A DNA stretch of 10,969 nt from PVC group bacterium (GTDB lineage: Bacteria; Auribacterota; Erginobacteria; Erginobacterales; Erginobacteraceae), in the NCBI GenBank assembly GCA_043804695.1, contig JAZDIV010000109.1:1-10969 (forward strand), written 5' to 3'. Made by a program: the position numbers and the translations under genes. How positions within the stretch are numbered: the first letter of the stretch is position 1; every line of letters begins with the position of its first letter. Shown here piece after piece: positions 7,257-10,969 of the stretch. The notes under the pieces are model-generated. The model was not told where the DNA came from. It saw only the letters and a program-made list of their open reading frames with translations, and searched no databases.

Positions 7257-8867
7257 CTATTTATGCCGAAAGATGGAGATGCGGGGACGGTTATAGATCA
7301 TGTCGTGGGGCGGGAAAGAGCCTCCGAACCGGAACCAGAGAAGGCGGGGCGCGCGGTCGAATTCCTTGATCTTTGCATAATCCAAGCGGCCGGCCAGGAA
7401 CTCGCGCCAGAGTTGACACCGTTTGATGTCATAGCGTTCCTTCAGCCGCAGGATCTGGCGGTAATCGAAGTCGGTGGCGATAATGTATTGGGGGGCGCTC
7501 TGGAGGGCCGGGAGGAGACGCGCATACTGCTCGACAACCAGCCCGGTCCCGGAGCGGTCCAGGGGCGGATCGTCCAGGAAGATGAGACCGGTCTCGGTCT
7601 TGATCAGCCCAATCCGGGCGGGGGTCGGGATATTCTCCTCCAGCCAGGCCTTGGCCTCAATCCGGACGTCGGTCCGGGACAGCAGGGCGGTAAAGGCAAG
7701 CGCCTGCATCCCCAGCCAGAGGGCGCCCAGCAGCCAGACGGTCCTCAGCAGCCGGCCGGGGAGCGGCCGGGCAAAGCGGACCTCGAGCAGGCGGCCGGCC
7801 CAGAGAGAGAGGAACGGGAGCATGGGGATAAAGAAACGGGAAAATTTCACCACCGGGATTGAGATCAGAATAAAATAAGGAATCACCCAGGAGAGGATGA
7901 GCACATCCGCCTTCCGGCGCCGATAGAGGGCGAACAGAAAGCCGGCCAGCGCCATAATCCAGAATACCCCCCCACCGGCGTAATACAGGACATAAAAAAT
8001 CTGGTAAAATGCCGCCGGCCGGGTGTCGATGAAGATGGGTCCGTGGCCGGAAAAGATGAGATAGTGAGACTGTGCCCGGAGGTCGGCCAGGAACTGCCTG
8101 TACTCGATCAGGGAATACGGCGTGGCGAGACTGAACGCGAACAATGCGGCAGCCAGACCTGCCAGCAGAGAAGGGTCAAGAATACGTTTCAGAATACTCC
8201 TCTTTTCTCCCCGTTCCCGGAGCAGGTGAGCCGCCAGGAGGGGAAAGAAGGCGAACGCCCCGTTATATTTCGTCGCCGCCGCCACACCGGCCGCCCCCCC
8301 GGCCAGAAGATAGCACACCGTCCGTTTCCGGGTGAGGACCGCGGCGGAGAAGAAGAAGGAGAGGACGATCAGGAAGGTCACCGGGACATCCACGGTCGCG
8401 TAGTGCGAATGCAGCAGATGAAGGGGCACCACCGCGAGCAGGAAAGCCGCGCCGAGACCGGTCCGGCGGGAATAAAGGCGTTTTCCGGTCAGAAAGACCA
8501 GGCAGACCGTGAGGGTTCCCAGAAGTGCCGTCCAGAGGCGGCCGATGAAGTAGAGCGGCGTCTGCTCCGGGCTGAGTTGGAGGAGCGCGGCATCTCCGCC
8601 GAAGAGAGCGGCCGCGGCGTTATAGAGGCGGTAGGAAAAATGCAGCAGGTAGAGATAGAATGACGGCATCCCGAACCAGCGGGGATTGAGCCCGTCCCGG
8701 AAAAAGAGGACAGCCCTTTTTACCGCTGTGGGCTCGTCGCCGTGGAGCAGATAGGGGAACCCGAAGCGCAGGCCGATCAGCCTGACCGTAAAGGCAAAAA
8801 GCAGAATCAAAATAAGACAGATGAATGAGGATTTCTGAGATAATCTCATTCGCGCAGTAAAAATCAT
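7257..8867 (-). CDS. ArnT/PMT-like (GT-C fold, GT39/GT83-like) polyprenyl-phosphate-sugar-dependent membrane glycosyltransferase
   Basis: 536 aa (alternative ATG at 8849). First helix followed by FGFPYLLHGDEP (acidic DE loop motif), then LNPRWFGMPS, GRLWTALLGTLTV, AAFLLAVVPLHLLHSHYATVDVP, AAATKYNG and RFFIPMLPFL, then a soluble C-terminal domain. Confidence 0.88.
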   Translation of the reverse strand: MIFTARMRLSQKSSFICLILILLFAFTVRLIGLRFGFPYLLHGDEPTAVKRAVLFFRDGLNPRWFGMPSFYLYLLHFSYRLYNAAAALFGGDAALLQLSPEQTPLYFIGRLWTALLGTLTVCLVFLTGKRLYSRRTGLGAAFLLAVVPLHLLHSHYATVDVPVTFLIVLSFFFSAAVLTRKRTVCYLLAGGAAGVAAATKYNGAFAFFPLLAAHLLRERGEKRSILKRILDPSLLAGLAAALFAFSLATPYSLIEYRQFLADLRAQSHYLIFSGHGPIFIDTRPAAFYQIFYVLYYAGGGVFWIMALAGFLFALYRRRKADVLILSWVIPYFILISIPVVKFSRFFIPMLPFLSLWAGRLLEVRFARPLPGRLLRTVWLLGALWLGMQALAFTALLSRTDVRIEAKAWLEENIPTPARIGLIKTETGLIFLDDPPLDRSGTGLVVEQYARLLPALQSAPQYIIATDFDYRQILRLKERYDIKRCQLWREFLAGRLDYAKIKEFDRAPRLLWFRFGGSFPPHDMIYNRPRISIFRHK

Positions 8868-8904
8868 AAATAACGGTTGGCTTGAGGGAGAAGAACTAAA
8901 TTAG

Positions 8905-9034
8905 CGTAACAGAAAATCAGGTGACCAGTAGGAAGAATATCAGAAAATCAGAAGATCAGGTAGGCGCCCCGGCAGTGCCTGATAACCTGATATCCTGGTA
9001 TTCTGCCCACTGATATGCTGATAACCTGATATCC
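8905..9034. repeat. Mirror-symmetric inverted array of 8-nt units (NNNATCAG x7 / CTGATNNN x7) able to form a long imperfect hairpin
   Basis: Left arm: CGTAACAG, AAAATCAG, GTGACCAG, TAGGAAG, AATATCAG, AAAATCAG, AAGATCAG (8905-8959). Spacer 8960-8978. Right arm: CTGATAAC, CTGATATC, CTGGTATT, CTGCCCA, CTGATATG, CTGATAAC, CTGATATC (8979-9033). It includes a perfect 17-bp direct repeat (8979-8995 = 9018-9034). Confidence 0.9.
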
Positions 9035-9115
9035 ACTTTGAGGATAATCACCTCATCCATTCAATCCCGGGACATAGCTAAAATATAAAGTAAGAGCCCC
9101 GGTGCCATGTCCTAT

Positions 9116-9802
9116 TTAGTAGCCTCCGGAAAAAGATTCTCCCGATACCAGCTCGATCGAGTGGCTGGTCCCGATCCGGTTGGCGCCGGCGTCCATGAGC
9201 TGATGGGCGAACTGACGGGTCTTGATCCCCCCGCTGGCCTTGATCAGCAGCTCGTCGCCGACCACCTCCCGGATCAACCGGACATCTTCCACCGTCGCTC
9301 CCCCCTCCACCGTTCCGGTCGAGGTCTTGATGAACCGGGCGCCGGCAGCCTTGGCGAGGCAGCAGCCGCAGATCTTCTCGACCGTGTTCAGGCTGGCGGT
9401 CTCCAGGATCACCTTGACCGGCTTGCCCTCGCAGGCCCGGACAACCTGCTGAATGTCATCGAGGACCATGCAGTAATGCTTGCTCTTGAGGGCGCTGATG
9501 TTGATCACCATGTCGATCTCCTGCGCCCCCCGGTTGACGATGGCGTCGTGAGCCTCGAAAGCCTTGGCTACCGGAGTCATCTGTCCGTGCGGGAAGCCGA
9601 CCACGGCGATCGGGGTCACGTCCGACCCGGCCAGCAGCCCGGCCACGTACTCCACGTTGCTGGAGTGAACACAGACGGCACGGAAATGATACTGTTTGGC
9701 CTCCTCGACCAGCTTGTCAAAGTCCTCCTGGGTCGCTTCGGGGTTGAGAAGAGTATGGTCGATGATGGCCGCCAGTTCACGGTCATAGTTCGGTTCAGTC
9801 AT
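9116..9802 (-). CDS. deoC: Deoxyribose-phosphate aldolase
   Basis: 228 aa with IDHTLL.P, AVCV, VVGFPHG, GAQEIDMVIN, VKVILET, FIKTSTG (Schiff-base Lys), IKASGGI and GANRIGTS. Preceded by an AAGGAG Shine-Dalgarno sequence. Confidence 0.97.
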   Translation of the reverse strand: MTEPNYDRELAAIIDHTLLNPEATQEDFDKLVEEAKQYHFRAVCVHSSNVEYVAGLLAGSDVTPIAVVGFPHGQMTPVAKAFEAHDAIVNRGAQEIDMVINISALKSKHYCMVLDDIQQVVRACEGKPVKVILETASLNTVEKICGCCLAKAAGARFIKTSTGTVEGGATVEDVRLIREVVGDELLIKASGGIKTRQFAHQLMDAGANRIGTSHSIELVSGESFSGGY

Positions 9803-9810
9803 GTGATTTT

Positions 9811-9816
9811 CTCCTT
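9811..9816 (-). promoter_or_regulatory. Shine-Dalgarno sequence of deoC
   Basis: The - strand reads AAAAAGGAG-AAAATCAC-ATG, an 8-nt spacing to the start at 9802. Confidence 0.85.
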
Positions 9817-9826
9817 TTTAGTTTAC

Positions 9827-9857
9827 CGATCGGACGGATCGGACGGATCGGACTGAT
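9827..9857. repeat. 9-bp tandem repeat (GGATCGGAC) x3 plus a partial copy
   Basis: CGATCGGAC (9827-9835), GGATCGGAC (9836-9844), GGATCGGAC (9845-9853), TGAT (9854-9857), in the 72-bp gap upstream of deoC. Confidence 0.9.
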
Positions 9858-9874
9858 TATTTCCCCGCCTGTTC

Positions 9875-10969
9875 TCACGCCAACGCCAGCAAGAGCGCCA
9901 GGCCGATCAGGACGATCCCCATCAGCATCTTCAGCCGGGGAAGATTTTTCTGTGTCGCGTGTGCCAGTGTATGCCAGGTGAGCCCGAAACCGGTCAAGAT
10001 CATAACAGCCAGAAGCGGCAGGACAAAGAGCAGATTATAAAACAGCAGGTACAGCCAGCCGGCGGTCCGGGTGCCGGCGGTCCGGGACATGACGATGATC
10101 GCGGGGAGATAGACCTGGCCGGTGCAGACAGCCTCGAAGAGAGTGACCAGAAAACCCGTGACGACTGCGCCCAGAATGAGACGCCTGCCTTTGAGATGAC
10201 CCGAGATCAGTTTATGGATGCGGAGCTTGACCGGTTTCGGCATCTGGATGAGGATCCGCCCGGTATCCCCGCTTTTCCGGTACACCAGGGCGTCCCGGAA
10301 ACTGAGCAGGCCGACCAGACCGGCCAGCGCCACCGCCGACCAGCGGATGACCTGGGAGACCAGACGGTAGGCGCGGAGCATCACGATAAAACGGAACGCC
10401 CCGATCCCGATCAGCAGGTAGGTGACATAGACCGCGGCGGTGAATGTCAGGCCGATCGCGATAACCTGGGAACGGCGGCGATTCTGCATCGTCAGGAAAG
10501 ATATGAGAAAAATCATGGTGGCGATGGCGCATGGGTTCACGCCGTCCACCAGTCCGGCGGCCAGGATGCCGGCGAAGGTCAGTTCGTGGAACCGGGTCCA
10601 GACCGGATCCTCGCCCTCCCCTCCCGGCACAGCATCAAGAGGCTGCCATCGTCCGGGATCTTCCAGGTATTCCCTGATCAGAGCCTCCCCCCTCGCCATG
10701 ATATCCGCGGCGCCGACCAGGTAGTCCTGGGGCAGAAAAAGCTCCTGCGGAGACGGATCCCCGACGCCGTAGCGTTTCTCCATCTCCAGCATCAGCCGGA
10801 AACCGTCCTCCTCCTCGATCTCGTGAAGCCGGAGATCGATCACCCCCGGGTATTCCTCCGCCAGGGGCCGGAGCAGGGTCTCCTTGATCTCCAGGCACTC
10901 GGCGCAGGTCCGGGAGCCGAAAAAATGAATGACCAGCCGATCCTCCGCCGGCGCCGGATGCGCCGTGAA
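9875..10969 (-). CDS. 5'-truncated thioredoxin/glutaredoxin-like domain fused to a CcdA/DsbD-type (cytochrome c biogenesis-like) transmembrane domain
   Basis: The frame is open to the window edge (FTAHPAPAEDRLVIHFFGSRTCAECLEIKETLLRPLAEEYPGV...), so the listed start at 10843 misses a CAEC motif at 10895-10906. The membrane part has AGLVDGVNPCA and FEAVCTGQVYLP (two membrane Cys) plus YLLFYNLLFVLPL. Confidence 0.85.
   Translation of the reverse strand, partial: FTAHPAPAEDRLVIHFFGSRTCAECLEIKETLLRPLAEEYPGVIDLRLHEIEEEDGFRLMLEMEKRYGVGDPSPQELFLPQDYLVGAADIMARGEALIREYLEDPGRWQPLDAVPGGEGEDPVWTRFHELTFAGILAAGLVDGVNPCAIATMIFLISFLTMQNRRRSQVIAIGLTFTAAVYVTYLLIGIGAFRFIVMLRAYRLVSQVIRWSAVALAGLVGLLSFRDALVYRKSGDTGRILIQMPKPVKLRIHKLISGHLKGRRLILGAVVTGFLVTLFEAVCTGQVYLPAIIVMSRTAGTRTAGWLYLLFYNLLFVLPLLAVMILTGFGLTWHTLAHATQKNLPRLKMLMGIVLIGLALLLALA

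Noticed and set aside
8905..9034. CRISPR array, integron attC site or tRNA interpretation of the repeat region
   Set aside because: Units are 7-8 nt with no unique 25-45 nt spacers. There are no RYYYAAC/GTTRRRY ends, no cloverleaf, and no cas or integrase gene in the window.
9039..9055. Small inverted repeat TGAGG-N7-CCTCA downstream of deoC
   Set aside because: A 5-bp stem without a U-tract is expected by chance.

Overview
GC-rich bacterial chromosomal window with eight protein-coding genes. One + strand gene (5'-truncated membrane/TPR protein, probably a GT-C glycosyltransferase C-terminus) converges on a long - strand gene run. In transcription order that run is: thioredoxin-like/CcdA-type membrane redox protein (5'-truncated), deoC, ArnT/PMT-like glycosyltransferase, M20 (YgeY-like) hydrolase, thioredoxin-TPR (CnoX/YbbN-like), GH57/DUF3536 glycoside hydrolase, MATE transporter. 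I see no rRNA, tRNA, CRISPR array or transposase. Five things stand out. (1) The M20 gene has a hidden +1 frameshift at a G9 tract that moves the conserved C-terminus, including the last metal-ligand His, into another frame. (2) A ~130-bp mirror-symmetric element of 8-nt ATCAG/CTGAT units lies between deoC and the glycosyltransferase, and its mismatches favour folding as RNA on the transcribed strand. (3) A 9-mer tandem repeat lies on the other side of deoC. (4) Two perfect palindromes with a shared TATTTTCC...GGAAAATA core bracket the thioredoxin-TPR gene. (5) An AT-rich TAAATTA-core motif recurs upstream of three genes and is duplicated in tandem before GH57. Family assignments come from motif recognition, not database searches.
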